A stretch of 64,000 bases of DNA from assembly GCF_964213995.1 (NCBI RefSeq), contig NW_027590120.1, positions 1,922,001-1,986,000 on the forward strand, in the 5' to 3' direction. A model generated the notes under the pieces. That model did no database searches. It saw only the letters and a list, made by a program, of their open reading frames with translations, and had not been told where the DNA came from. Source of the stretch: Mustelus asterias. Its lineage: Eukaryota. Made by a program: the position numbers and the translations under genes. Below are positions 37,986 to 49,939 of this stretch, one piece after another. Position 1 is the first letter of the stretch. Each line of letters begins with the position of its first letter.

Positions 37986-38130
37986 AGGTCCCGCCTCTCA
38001 TTCACTCCGATTGGTTGGAGGATCAGCCGCTCCCGCTCGGTCCTCCAGTCCCGCCCCTCGTTCACTCCGATTGGTTGGAGGACCAGCCGCTCCGGCTCGG
38101 TCGGCCAGTCCCGCCCCCTCTTCCTATTGG
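37986..38130. repeat. 60-bp tandem duplication of the CCAAT/palindrome/GC-box cassette
   Basis: gtcccgcc...ttcactccgattggttggagga(t/c)cagccgctc...ctcggtc occurs twice, with a partial third unit. Confidence 0.85.
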
Positions 38131-38602
38131 TCCGGAGCTGCCGTCAATCAGTCCCCGGGCATTGTGATGTGGAGCATGCGCAGTGTCATTGCTGTCCTTG
38201 GCGCTTGTTTGTCCCGGAGAAGCGGAGTCAGCGTTAGGCGGTGGCTGGGAGGATTTGGAAACACTTTGTGGATCCGCAAACCCTTCAGAATCATTGTCAG
38301 CTCCCTGGTTTGCAGCTGCGGGGCTTCTCCCTCCCTCCCTCCCGGGAACAGGCCCAGGTTAACGGCCCCATCCTGGCTCAGCCACTGGAGGATGGTTCAC
38401 ATCAGAGGATGGGGGAGGGGGACAATAAATAAGAGGTTACACTTTGGCCTCAAATCAATGAGGACTCTGATCTCTGGGAAGGAAGGAAACCCTGGGAGTT
38501 GGGCGGGGAGGATTCACAAACACCCGCTGGAGGCCCCAACACCCCCAATAAGACCCATTGGTTTTATTGTCAGTCTGCAGACAGTAGCTGGAGAACTGAA
38601 CC

Positions 38603-38885
38603 CAGTAAGAAGTCTCACAACACCAGGTTAAAGACCAACAGGTTTATTTGGTAGCAAAAGCCACTCGCTTTCGGATCACTGCTCCTTCATCAGGTGAGTC
38701 GGACTTGTGTTCATAAACGGGGCATATATATTGACACAAACTCAATTTACAAGATAATGGTTGGAATGTGAGTCTTTACAGGCAATCAAGTCTTAAAGGT
38801 ACAGACAATGTGAGTGGAGAGAGGGTTAAGCACAGGTTAAAGAGATGTGTACTGTCTCCAGCCAGGACAGTTAGTGAGATTTCCA
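38603..38885 (-). mobile_element. Penelope-like terminal repeat fragment with a mutated hammerhead motif (38662-38696)
   Basis: Matches 7855-8100 and 3261-3540. Confidence 0.85.
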
Positions 38886-39393
38886 CATCAAGAACTGAAC
38901 CCAGACAGAGGAGAGGGAGGGGGAAAACTGGGAGTGGAGGGAAGAAATGGTGGAGATGTTGAGATGGGTTTGGATTTCAGTCCAGGGGAGGAGGTAGAGT
39001 GTGTGGGACGGGGATTTATAGATTTGGGGGAACAAGAGAGGAAAATATGTTCCAGAGAAACTATGAATTGTCTGTTCAGAATTTCTATCCTGCACTGACA
39101 GTGATGGTATTTGTAAACTGTTTTTGCAGGGTATTATGAAGCAGGATTTACAGATGTGAAACTCAAACCAAACTTCACATCAAGATCTGTTTCAGTGATT
39201 TGATTCATCAGAAACTGAATATCATCAGCCTTTGTCTACAGAAGGAGAAATGTTCATTCTGTCTGCGGGCAAAGATTTCAAACATCAGTGTGACTGAAAA
39301 AGCACCTAGACACACAAACACACCTGAGAGTTTCCAATGTGCTGAATGTGGAAAGTGGTTTAACAAGTCTGAAAAATAATCACATCATTCTCA

Positions 39394-40704
39394 GTGAGTA
39401 GTGACCCGACACACATTCTGTGTAAACGAGGCTTCAACTCATCATCCAACCTGGAGTCACATGAGGACACCCGCACCACAGAGAAACCACTGAAATGTGT
39501 GGACTGTGGGAGGGGATTCAATTATCCGTCCGAATTGGATATTCATCGTCGCATTCACACTGGAGAGAGGCCGTTCACCTGCTCTGAGTGTGGGAAAGGA
39601 TTTGCTTACTCATCCAGCCTCTATACACACCGGCGTGTTCACACTGGTGAGAGGCCGTTCACCTGCCTCGAATGTGGGAGGGGATGTCATGCTTTATCAA
39701 GCCTCCTGATTCACTGGCAGGTTCACTCCGATCAGAGACTGTTTCAGTGTTCTGATTGTGAGAAAAGCTTTAAAAGCACAAAGGACCTCCTGAGACACCA
39801 GCGCACTCACATGGCGGTGAGACCATTCACCTGCTCAGTGTGTGGGAAGGGATTCACTCAGTCATCCCACCTTCTGACACACCAACTTGTTCACACTGAT
39901 CGGAGACCATTTAAATGTTCTGACTGTGAGAAGAGATTTAAAAGTAAAAGTGATTTACAAGTCCATCAGCGCACTCACACTGGGGAGAAGCCATTCACCT
40001 GCTCCGTGTGTGAGAGGAGATTCGGACGTTTATCCCAGCTGCAAACACACCAGCGAGTTCACTCTGATAAGAGACCGTTTCAGTGTTCTGACTGTGAGAA
40101 GAGCTTTAAAAGTAAACAGGATTTGGTGACACACCAGCGAGTTCACACTGGGGAGAAACCGTTCACCTGCTCGGTGTGTGGGATGGGATTCACCCATTCA
40201 TCCCACTGTCTGAGACACCAGCGAGTTCACACCGGGGAGAAACCATTCATTTGCTGTGTGTGTGGGAAGGGATTCACTGATTCAGCCCAGCTTCTGATAC
40301 ACGAGCGAATTCACACTGGGGAGAAACCCTTCGCTTGCTCCACATGTGGGAAACGATTCACTCAGCCACCCCAGCTCATTGCACATCAACTGGTCCACAC
40401 TGATCAGAGACCTTTTAAATGTTCTGACTGTGAGAAGAGCTTTAAAAGCACTAAGGACCTGCTGAGACACCAGCAAATTCACACTGGGGAGAGATCATTC
40501 ACCTGCTCCGTGTGTGGGAAAAGGTTCACTCAGTCATCCCACCTGCTGAGACACCAGCAGGTTCACACGGGAGAGAGATCGTTCACCTGCTCCGTATGTG
40601 GGAAGAGATTTGCTCGGTCAGCCAATCTGCTGAGACACCAGCAAGTTCACAAGTCACTGCAGGGGTTGGATTCTGCTGTTGCTGCTAATCCCATGCAGGA
40701 CTGA
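39394..40704 (+). CDS. C2H2 zinc-finger ORF, 14 fingers (gene C); start uncertain, first in-frame ATG at 39811
   Basis: Open frame of 436 codons; acceptor tttttgcag ends at 39129; family start ACCATGGAG reads ACCACAGAG here; family stop TGA reads TCA, extending the C-terminus. Confidence 0.75.
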   Translation: MSSDPTHILCKRGFNSSSNLESHEDTRTTEKPLKCVDCGRGFNYPSELDIHRRIHTGERPFTCSECGKGFAYSSSLYTHRRVHTGERPFTCLECGRGCHALSSLLIHWQVHSDQRLFQCSDCEKSFKSTKDLLRHQRTHMAVRPFTCSVCGKGFTQSSHLLTHQLVHTDRRPFKCSDCEKRFKSKSDLQVHQRTHTGEKPFTCSVCERRFGRLSQLQTHQRVHSDKRPFQCSDCEKSFKSKQDLVTHQRVHTGEKPFTCSVCGMGFTHSSHCLRHQRVHTGEKPFICCVCGKGFTDSAQLLIHERIHTGEKPFACSTCGKRFTQPPQLIAHQLVHTDQRPFKCSDCEKSFKSTKDLLRHQQIHTGERSFTCSVCGKRFTQSSHLLRHQQVHTGERSFTCSVCGKRFARSANLLRHQQVHKSLQGLDSAVAANPMQD

Positions 40705-40719
40705 ATCATGTTCATTCTG

Positions 40720-42020
40720 TTATTAAGGAGACTGGGATGGGACACAGATAATCTCCGTGCAATCAGGCAGAGTCAACATGGTTTTGTGCAAGGGACATCC
40801 TGTTAATTGATGTGTTGGATTCTTTGAGGAAGTAACAAGCAATGTGGATAAAGTGGAACCTGTGGATGTGGTGTATTTAGTTTTCCAGAAGGCATTTGAC
40901 AAGGTGCCACATCAATGTTTACCACACTTAATAAGAATTCGTAGCATAAGGCATATTAGCATTTTATCCATGTTGATTCTTTATATTAGCATGGATAGAG
41001 GATTGATGAGCTAATCGGAAACAGAGAGGAGGGAGAAACAAGTCATTTTTGGGATGGCAAAGTGTAGCCTGTGGAGTGCCACAGGGACCAGTGCTGGGCC
41101 CTCAACTATTGACAAACTATTTTCATGATGTGGATGACAGGATCAAAATTTGTTGATAACACAAAGGTAGGTAGGAAAGTGAGATGTGAATGACCATAAC
41201 AAGCCTGCAAAGCGATATAGATAGGGTCAGTGAGTGGGCAAAAAGTTGGCAACTGGAACAAGATTTTTGGATAATGTGAACTTGTCCATTTGGCAGGAAG
41301 GATGGAAAAGCAGCTGATTATTTAAACAGAGAGAGATTGCAGAACTTTGAGGTACAGAGGGATCTGGGTGTCCTGGTACCGTAATCAGGAAAAGTTAGTG
41401 TGTGGATCCAGCAAATGATTAGAAAGGTAAATGAATTGTTGTTTATTGCAGAGATGTTTTGCTGCATTTGTTCAGGGTATTGGTGAGACCACATCTAGAG
41501 CACGGTGTACAGTTTTGGTCTCCTTACTTAAGAGAGGACTTGTGTGAGAAGTAGTTCAGAGAAGGTTTAGTTGACTGATTCACGGGATGAGGGTGTTATC
41601 ATACAAGGAAATGTTGGACATGTTCGGCCTGTATCGAAAGGGGTTTAGAAGAATGAGAGAGGATCTGATTGAAACATAAAATTCAGAGGGGACTTGACAG
41701 AGTGGATGTTGATTGTAGAGAGAGGAGAACTAGAGGCACAGTTTAAAAATACGGGGTCTCCCATTTAAGACTGGGATGAGGAGAAACCTTTTCTCTCAGA
41801 GGGTTGTTACAGTGTGGAATTCTCTTCCACAGAGAGTGGTGGAGGCTGGCTCACTGAATATTCTGAAGTCTGAATTTAATAGATTCTTGATTGACGAGAG
41901 TCAAAGGGTGTGAGGGGTAAGAAGGAAAGTGGAGTTGAAGCTACAATCACATCAGCCGGGACCCTATTGAATGGTGGAGCAGGCTCGACGGGCCGAGTGG
42001 CCTTCTCCTGCTCCTAATTC
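40720..42020 (+). mobile_element. Old degraded CR1 LINE splitting the gene C 3'UTR
   Basis: aaggcatttgacaaggtgccac (KAFDKVP), ggagtgccacaggg (GVPQG), CR1 tail; the family UTR resumes at about 42035. Confidence 0.8.
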
Positions 42021-42151
42021 ACATGTTCCCATTGTGATAGTTGGAGTTTGTTTCTGCTGATGTTAATTTCCCAAAAAACTGAGCTGCAGCTTAATCTACA
42101 GAATAGAATCAAATAAATCTTGCCAATCTGATTGTTCAGCCAGGGTCTAAC

Positions 42152-42492
42152 TGGGCGGCACGGTAGCACAGTGGTTAGCACTGCTGCTTCACAGCTCCAG
42201 GGTCCCGGGTTCGATTCCCGGCTCGGTTCACTGTCTGTGTGGAGTTTGCACATTCTCCTCGTGTCTGCGTGGGTTTCCTCCGGGTGCCCCGGTTTCCTCC
42301 CACAGTCCAAAGATGTGCAGGTTAGGTTGATTGGCCAGGTTAAAAATTGCCCCTTAGAGTCCTGAGATGCGTGGGTTAGAGGGATTAGCAGGTAAATATG
42401 TGTGGGTAGGGCCTGGGTGGGATTGTGGTCGGTGCAGACTCGATGGGCCGAATGGCCTCCTTCTGCACTGTAGGGTTTCTATGATTTCTATG
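42152..42492 (+). mobile_element. HE1-like V-SINE, full length
   Basis: A and B boxes; nearly identical to 13451-13812. Confidence 0.9.
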
Positions 42493-43082
42493 AATGACAG
42501 AGCGGACTGGAAGAGCTGAACAACCAACTCCAGTTCCTGTGTAGTTTCTCCCAGGCTTCTCCCACTCTCTAACTCTGCTCCAGTGCTGGTTTCTGATGAA
42601 GTCTCTTCTCCCCAGGTCTCCCATCACTTTCCATTCATCAGCTGGTGTCTGAGTCCAAGTTTACCAGGAACAGGAGGAGGTCATTTATCCCTCAAGCCTG
42701 TTCTCTCATTCACTGAGGTCATGGCTGATCTGTGACCTAACTCCATTTACCCAGATTTTGTTTTAATCCTGACTTCCTCAGTCTGTTACAATGAGATTTA
42801 AAAAATAACTTTTGTTTACATCAGACCTTCAATGTAGGAGAGTGTCCCAAGGTGAATCTCAGAAACATCAATTGATAAATCAGACAACTGGCACTGAGGG
42901 GATGTTAGGAGGCTGACTGAAGACTTGGTGCAGTGTAAAGGGTTAATGTTAAATTTGTAAATATTCTACCCAGTGATGTAAGATCAGATGATAAGAGTTT
43001 GCTGAGAGATGGTTCTATGCTGAGCCTTGTGCTGTACATATTTAGAAGAAGGTGCAATAAAAAGTTATATTAACCAATAGCC

Positions 43083-45550
43083 TTGCCTCCAGCAGTCTTT
43101 GTCAATCCTGGCCAATCCCTGTGGCATAGGGACACCCACACTTGTTTGGGAGGAAGCTCCAGGATTTTGACCGAGTGACAGCGAAGGAACAGCGATATAT
43201 TTTGAAGTCAAGATGGTGAGTGTTACGATCCCAGTTGATGTTATAATTGGACAGGATGATTCCAGGATGGAACACTGGCTCAAAAGACTGCAACTTTTAC
43301 TTTTTGTAGAAAACATAAAGGAACAGAATCACAGGACTGCCAATTAGCTTTTAACAAAATATTTATTAAACACGAAGAGTTTGACGATAACAAAATACTC
43401 CTTGACTCACACTTGCCTTCACAAATGTATCCAGATTTCAAGAATAACATAGATTTAAAATTCCTTATGCTATAATGTTCTCAGTAAACACATGGTTCCT
43501 TTAAACCCACAGGTTGGCTGTGATCAGACAAGCCCCACTCTGAAACCAAGTGGCAGATGCAACTCAATCGATCCTCTGTGGATTTCTCCTCAAATTTCCC
43601 CCCAGATGATTGTCACGAGTGTTTCCAAACTTGGCTCTCAAAAAGACACGTGTTAATATCTCCTTCCAAAGCAACTTTCTCACTTCCAGGTCTTCCAATT
43701 GTTCTTTCAAACAAGGCTTTCTCTCCACTCTTTTAGCAAGAAGCTGCCTCTAGGTTTTTAACTCTCAGAATTCCTTTGCCTTGAATTGCAACATGCTTCC
43801 AAAATTCTGCATAAACTCAGATCATCAGTCCGTAACAGAATACAATTGCTTCAAAATCTGGATTTAAGGACATCAAACCTTCCCACTATTTCAGATATGC
43901 GGCTTCTCTTTCGCCAACCTCATCAGTTCTTTTCTTCCCAGGTCTGAGTTTAACTTCCATGAATAGTATCCTGTTCCAAAGACAATGCTGTTCCTTTTTT
44001 ACTTAAATATTCCTGAAACTTCTTTTCCATTCCCGGGTTTCTCAAACGAACTGTCCTTTAATTCCTCTGGAGCTTGCTTTCGCACACATTACTCCATTGT
44101 ATGGCTTTCCTGCTTCTAGTAGAGCTGAGAGCTGCTCACTCTCTCGTTTCCTCACCCCAACTGCTATAGAACAACGAACAAAGAAAATTACAGCACAGGA
44201 ACAGGCCCTTCAGCCCTCCAAGCCTGCACCGGTCATGCTGCCCGACTGAACTAAAACCCCCTCCCCTTCCGGGGACCATATCCCTCTATTCCCATCCTAT
44301 TCATGTATTTGTCAAGACGCCCCTTAAAAGTCACGACCAAAGACTATAAATTCAACTAATACTACACTCAAAAAACCTTCTCACCCTCAAGGTGCCCCTG
44401 GTTGCTATGCAACAATGCATTATTTCTCCAACTTCACGTTTATTTTTCACGCCATAAACTCTCTCAGCACAACAGGAATACAATTTCAATTGAAACCTAT
44501 CCCCCACACATGCAAACACCTTTGTTCAACATGAATCCAACCAAAGTTCTCCTCTTCCTACACAGAAACACTAAATCAAACTTACTTAAATCTATACTTT
44601 ATTTCTAATATTTAACAATAGAAACATAGATCACTTAAAACTATCTCTGTTTTCCTGACATGAGTGACTTAGAGAGGAAACTCCAGGTGGTGATATTCTC
44701 ATGTATCTGCTGCTCTTGGCCTTCTAGATGGTAATGTTCCTGAGTCTGTAAGATGCTGCCTAAGGAGTCTTGGTGAGTCCCTGCAGTGCATTTTGTAGAT
44801 GGTACACACTGTTGCTCCTGTCCGTCGGTGGTAGAGGGAGTGAATGTTTGTGGTTAGTGTGTTGATCAAGTGGGGCTGCTTTGTCCTGGATGGTTTTGAG
44901 CTTGAGTGTTGTTGGGAGCTGCACTCATTCAGGCAAGTGGAGAGTATTCCATCTCATTCCTGACTTGTGTCTTGTAGATGGTGGACGGGCTTTGGCTGGG
45001 GGAGTCAGAAAGTGAGTTACTCTCCTCAGGGCTGCCAGTCTCTGACCTGCTCTGGTAGCCACAGTGTCTATGAGTTTCTGGTCAATGTAACCCCCGCAGG
45101 ATGTTGATAATGGAAGGGGGATTCAGTGATGGTAATACCCTTGAATGTCAAGGGGTGATGGTTAGATCTTCTCCTGTTGGAGATGGTCATTGCCTCGGAC
45201 TTATGTGGCATGAATGTTACTTGCCACTTGTCAGCCCAAGCCTGGATATTGTTGTATTTGGACATGGACTGTTTCAGTATCTGAGGAGTCACAAATGGTG
45301 CTGAACATTGTGTATTCATTGGCGGATATCCCCACTTCTGATCTTATGAAGGAGGGAAGGTCATTGATGAAGCAGCTGAAGATGGTTGGGCCTCGGACAC
45401 GACCCTGAGAGATCCCTGCATTGATGTCCTGGAGCTGAGATGACTGACCCTCCACAACCACAACCATCTTCCTAATTGCCAGTATACGTCCAACCAGCAG
45501 AGAGTTTGCCCCTTGATATCCATTGATTCCAGTTTTGCCAGGGGTCCATG
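43083..45550 (-). mobile_element. Degraded CR1-group non-LTR element (host of the solo LTR)
   Basis: ORF 45231-45698 GISQGRVRGPTIFSCFINDLPS ([10 protein letters not shown]-like) and WADKWQVTF; the sequence is continuous across the LTR insert. Confidence 0.7.
43221..44660. mobile_element. Solo LTR (about 1.44 kb, including a CR1 tail at about 44168-44335)
   Basis: Termini TGTTA...TGACA and a 4-bp TSD TGAG (43217-43220, 44661-44664). Confidence 0.75.
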
Positions 45551-45876
45551 ATCTGGGTGGCACAGTGGTTAGACCAGTTGGCTCACAGCCCCAGGGACCG
45601 GGTTCGATTCCGACCTTGGGTGGCTGTGTCGAGTTGGCACATTCATCAGCTTTTTTTTTGTGGATCATTTCAGTGGAAATGTGCTCTCCCAGACTCAAAG
45701 AGCATCAGCCCACTGGAAACAAAGTTGTGAGACTGACCAGTCCAGCAGAAAGAAACTCTCCGACCCTCCCACTTCACCAATTGTCAAAATGAACATGGTT
45801 CAGTCCTGGATGTGATTAACAGCAGCAATAACAGCAGAATCCAACCCCTGTCATCACTTGTGAACTTACTGGTGTC

Positions 45877-47091
45877 TCAGCAGGTGGGATGACTGAGTGA
45901 ATCCCTTTGTGAATCCTTGTGAACTCGTTGGTGTGTCTGCAGGTGGGATGACTGAATGAATCCCTTTCCACACTCAGAGCAGATAAACGGCCTCTCTCCA
46001 GTGTGAACTTGCTGGTGACTCTGCAGATAAGATGAAAGAGCGAATCCTTTCCCACACTCAGAGCAGGTGAATGGTCTCTCCCTGGTGTGAACACGTCGGT
46101 GTGCCTGCAGGTTAGCTGAACGAGTAAATCCCTTCCCACACTCAGAGCAGGTGAACGGCCTCTCCCCGGTGTGAACTTGCTGGTGATTCTGCAGGTCGGA
46201 TAACTGAATGAATCCCCTGCCACACTCGGAACAGGTAAATGGCCTCTCCCTGGTGTGAACCTCCTGGTGTGACACTAGGTGGGATGATTGAATAAAACGC
46301 CTCCCACACTCGGAGCAGACGAATGGCCTCTCCCTGCTGTGAACTCCCTGATGTGACATTAGGTGTGACGATTGGATAAAACGTTTCCCACATTCGGGGC
46401 AGCTGAATGGCCTCTCCCTTGTGTGTGTTCCTTTGTGTGTCACTAGATGTGATAACTGAATAAAGCGCTTCCCACACTCGGAGCAGGGGAACAGCCTCTC
46501 CCTCCTGTGGACTTCCTGGTGAGTCACTAGGTGTGATAATTGAATAAAACACTTCCCGCACTCAGAGCAGTTGAAAGGCCTCTCCTTAGTGTGGGCTCGC
46601 TGGTGTATCTGCAGGTGAGATGACTGAGTGAAACCCTTTCCACAGTCGGAGCAGGTGAATGGTCGCTCTCCGGTGTGGATTTGTTGGTGATTCAAAAGTT
46701 CAGATGAATGATTGAATTGCTTCCCACACTCAGAGCAGTTGAATGGTTTTTCCCCAGTGTGAACTTGCTGGTGTGTCAGCAGGTGGGATAACTGAGTGAA
46801 TCCCTTCCCACACTCAGAGCAGGTGTACAGCCTCTCCCTACTGTGAACTGCTTGGTGATTCCACAGGTCGGCTGCCTGGAGAAAACCCTTCCCACACTCA
46901 GAGCAGATGAAGGGCCTCTCCCCAGTGTGGCTGCATTGATGAATCTTCAGGGCAGATGGGGAGCAGTCTCCTTCCCCACACTTGGAGCAGGGGAACAGTC
47001 TCTCCCCAGTGCGAATATGTTGATGAGTTTGCAGTGCAGACGGGATATGGAATTCCTTACCACAATCCTCATCTTTCCCCGGTTTCTCCAT
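45877..47091 (-). CDS. C2H2 zinc-finger protein, 13 intact fingers (gene D)
   Basis: ACCATGG start ([10 protein letters not shown], first finger degenerate); last finger destroyed by an indel; predicted intron 47427-48517 (GTCAGT donor, ttttacag acceptor). Confidence 0.85.
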   Translation of the reverse strand: MEKPGKDEDCGKEFHIPSALQTHQHIRTGERLFPCSKCGEGDCSPSALKIHQCSHTGERPFICSECGKGFLQAADLWNHQAVHSRERLYTCSECGKGFTQLSHLLTHQQVHTGEKPFNCSECGKQFNHSSELLNHQQIHTGERPFTCSDCGKGFTQSSHLQIHQRAHTKERPFNCSECGKCFIQLSHLVTHQEVHRRERLFPCSECGKRFIQLSHLVTHKGTHTRERPFSCPECGKRFIQSSHLMSHQGVHSRERPFVCSECGRRFIQSSHLVSHQEVHTRERPFTCSECGRGFIQLSDLQNHQQVHTGERPFTCSECGKGFTRSANLQAHRRVHTRERPFTCSECGKGFALSSYLQSHQQVHTGERPFICSECGKGFIQSSHLQTHQRVHKDSQRDSLSHPTC

Positions 47092-48517
47092 GGTGTGGAT
47101 GTCCTTGTGTCTTTCCAGGTTTAACAATCAGTTAAATCCTCATCCACACATAGAGCATGTGCACTGTCTGTCCCCGCTGTAAATGATGTGATATTTTTGC
47201 AGTCTGTGTCAGTGGTCTTTTGACAGTCAGTGTACTGGACACTCTCACTCAGGCCTGTGTTTCTTGGTGCCTTTCCAGTCACACTGATGTGACAGAAAAA
47301 ACAGATAAATATTTCTTCTTCTAGATTCAAGGTCTGATGATATTCAGGTTCTGATAATTTGAGTGACTCTAACATGCCTTAACATGTTTTGAGATTGCTG
47401 GCAGCAAATCTTCCCCTTATAACTTCCTGTAAAATGAGTTTACAAAAGTCATCACTGTCAGTATCAAACAGAAATTCAGAATAGACAATTCTAGTTTCTG
47501 TGGAACATTTCTTCCTTTCTCGTTCCTCTCGATCTGTACATCTCCATCCCACACCCTATCCCTGTCTCCTCACTCTGCTGTATGTATAATACACCCTTCC
47601 AATTCTCCTGAAGGTGTTGATTCATGCTGATCAACAAATCCATACTCACTGCTTCTTCTCCAGCACTGAGATATCTTCATGCAGGCTGCCAGTCTAAATA
47701 CCTAAATATACTTAGTGAAGTAAAATGTATGTAACATAGGGGACCAGTTTAATAAATAGAAGTACAGCAAGGCTATGAGATAGAACATTATTTCAACAGT
47801 GAACATTCTTGAATATCAATTGTTTGGCTATGAGGGCGGTGCATTTTGATACATTCAATATTTCAAAATGAAATTAGATGGGCAGTCAAAATAGACTGGC
47901 AGGGGAACAGGGATACAGACGGGATGAGGAGCATATCAGCCATGATTGAATGGCGGAGCGGACTCAATGGGCCAAATAGCCTAATTATGCTCCTCTATCT
48001 TATGAACTTATGGGGGAATGGGACTGACTAGTTGGCTCTACAGAGAGTTAGCATGGACTTGAGTTGCTGAATGGACTCCTTGTGTGATATAATAACCCGA
48101 TTACTGAAAATAAACTACTTAGTTACAGTATTAACAAAACTAAAAATAATAAAAAATGAACTTTATTACTGGACCATGCATAATATATCTAATTTGTACC
48201 ATATTACAAGACTGCACACATCTCCGTCCTATATTAATTTACTGCCCCTTAAATTTCAGCTATTTCCTCGGGAAATCATCCCTTTAAATTGTGAACATTA
48301 GGAAAGAGACCATCCTCTTAACCAGACAAATAAATGTGACAAGTTGAGGAAGCAAAGGATGGCAATGTCTTTAAGAGGGAGAGAGATACCTGGGCCAACC
48401 TTTCCAGAGTCTGCAGCTCCCTGAATTCACTTCCTTTCCCTTCAGTTGCTGCAAGTCCCCAATTTAACCCCAGAATGAGAAGAAAAAGGAGAGAAGAAAA
48501 CAAAGTGTTTTACTGAC

Positions 48518-48900
48518 AGATGTTGACGACAGGAAGAGGTTTCCGTCTGTCTGAAATCCAATCTGCATTGTCACAAAGCCCGCACTCTGATTGGCTGGAG
48601 GACCAGTGTCCTTCCGGTCCTCCAATTCCTCCCATTGGTCAATGCCCCTCATGAAGACAGTGGTGCAGCGGAAGTGAGTGGGAGACACTTTGACCCTGGA
48701 TCGCTCGAAGTTGTTGGCCAATGGGAAACGCTATCCTCCGCACATGCGCAGAACTTCTCTGGGTTCATCATGCGCAGTCCCACCCGGCGAATAGAGCGAT
48801 TTCCTCAGCGCGGGGGATTGTGGGAGCCCCGGCCGCCATTACTCGGCCGGAGCCGAGTCTCCAAACACCTGGGACTGCGATGGATGGGATGGGGAGGAGG
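48518..48900. promoter_or_regulatory. CpG-rich promoter / non-coding exon 1 of gene D
   Basis: ATTGG at 48590 and 48634 around palindrome 48596-48624; CGGAAGTG; NRF1-like motif; intron-1 module at 48300-48520. Confidence 0.7.
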
Positions 48901-49149
48901 CGAAGTGACCCCATCCGGATATAATGTACATCTGGGTAGTCACTGGAATTGATAGCGAAGCCGCCTTCGCAAAATTCAGGTGTAAAAATTTAGACACCTG
49001 GGTGACATATTGGGGAGTGGAATAGCTCAATGTGAAACTGAACCCCAGAGTCAGCAGCGTCCTTGGGGGAGAACTGGGGAAAAATAAGGAGGGTGGTCAA
49101 AAGAATTAGGCTTACAATTGATAGGGAGGAGGCAGATGTTTAAAGTTTG

Positions 49150-49605
49150 AAATTTGATTAGATTTGATTTATTATTGTCACATGTATTAGTAGACAGTGC
49201 GAAGTATTGTTTCTTGTACGTTTTACTGACAAAGAGAAGAAAAGAGGAGGGTGCAGAATGGAGTATGACAGTCATAGCTAGGATATAGAGAAAGATCAAA
49301 TTAATGTGAGATAGTTCCACTCAAAAGTTTGATGGCCGCAGGGCAGAAGCTCTTCTTGATTTGGTTGTACATGTCCTCAGACCTTTATATCTTTTTCCCG
49401 ATGGAAGAAGGTGGAAGAAAGAATGTCCAGGTCTTTGATTATGCTGGCTTCTTTTCTAAGACAGTGGGAAATGTAGACAGAGTCAATGGATACGAGGCTG
49501 GTTTACATGATGGATTAGGTCATTCATGACCCTTTGTAGTTTCTTGTGGTCTTGGACAGAGCAGGAGCAATATCAAGTTCTGATACAACCAGAAAGAATG
49601 CTTTC
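49150..49605 (-). mobile_element. Rex1/Babar-like LINE 3' fragment
   Basis: Reverse-complement paralog of 59030-59442. Confidence 0.6.
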
Positions 49606-49619
49606 CAGAAAGGGAGGAG

Positions 49620-49850
49620 AATGTTACGTGACAACCAGAATATCAGTTTCAAATTTCTATCCTGTGCTTACATTCATTGCTTTGATAGATGTTTTTATTT
49701 ACAAGGGATTAGAATGGAAGGATTTTCAGTCAGAAACATCTTGATTCATTTGGACACGACTATCATCAGTGATCAAATGTCAGAGGAACACTGATGCCCT
49801 GTTCAAAAAGATTTCAATCATCAGTGCGAATGGAAAAGTTGTGTGATGCA
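49620..49850 (+). pseudogene. ZNF exon-2 5' remnant (intron end plus decayed 5'UTR), finger array lost
   Basis: aatttctatcctgtgcttacatt...aagatttcaatcatcagtgcgaatggaaaag matches the class I module. Confidence 0.6.
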
Positions 49851-49939
49851 CATTCCCAAGAGAGAGAGAGAGATTTCCAGGAAAAGAGACATAAGAATAT
49901 ATGAACAAATGAACTATGAGCAGGCCACTCAGGCCGTTT

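Larger units (their letters stand above)
37260..38400. promoter_or_regulatory. CpG island / bidirectional promoter between genes B and C
   Basis: 37260-37570 is an inverted paralog of 5105-5400 and 37730-38170 of 9600-10020; CCAAT, GC boxes, CRE TGACGTCA and NRF1-like motifs. Confidence 0.7.

Noticed and set aside
38011-38631. GC-rich ORFs in promoter islands (also 5150-5515, 9534-10040, 55943-56392)
   Set aside because: Stop-poor by composition; no domain similarity and not conserved in frame between paralogous islands.
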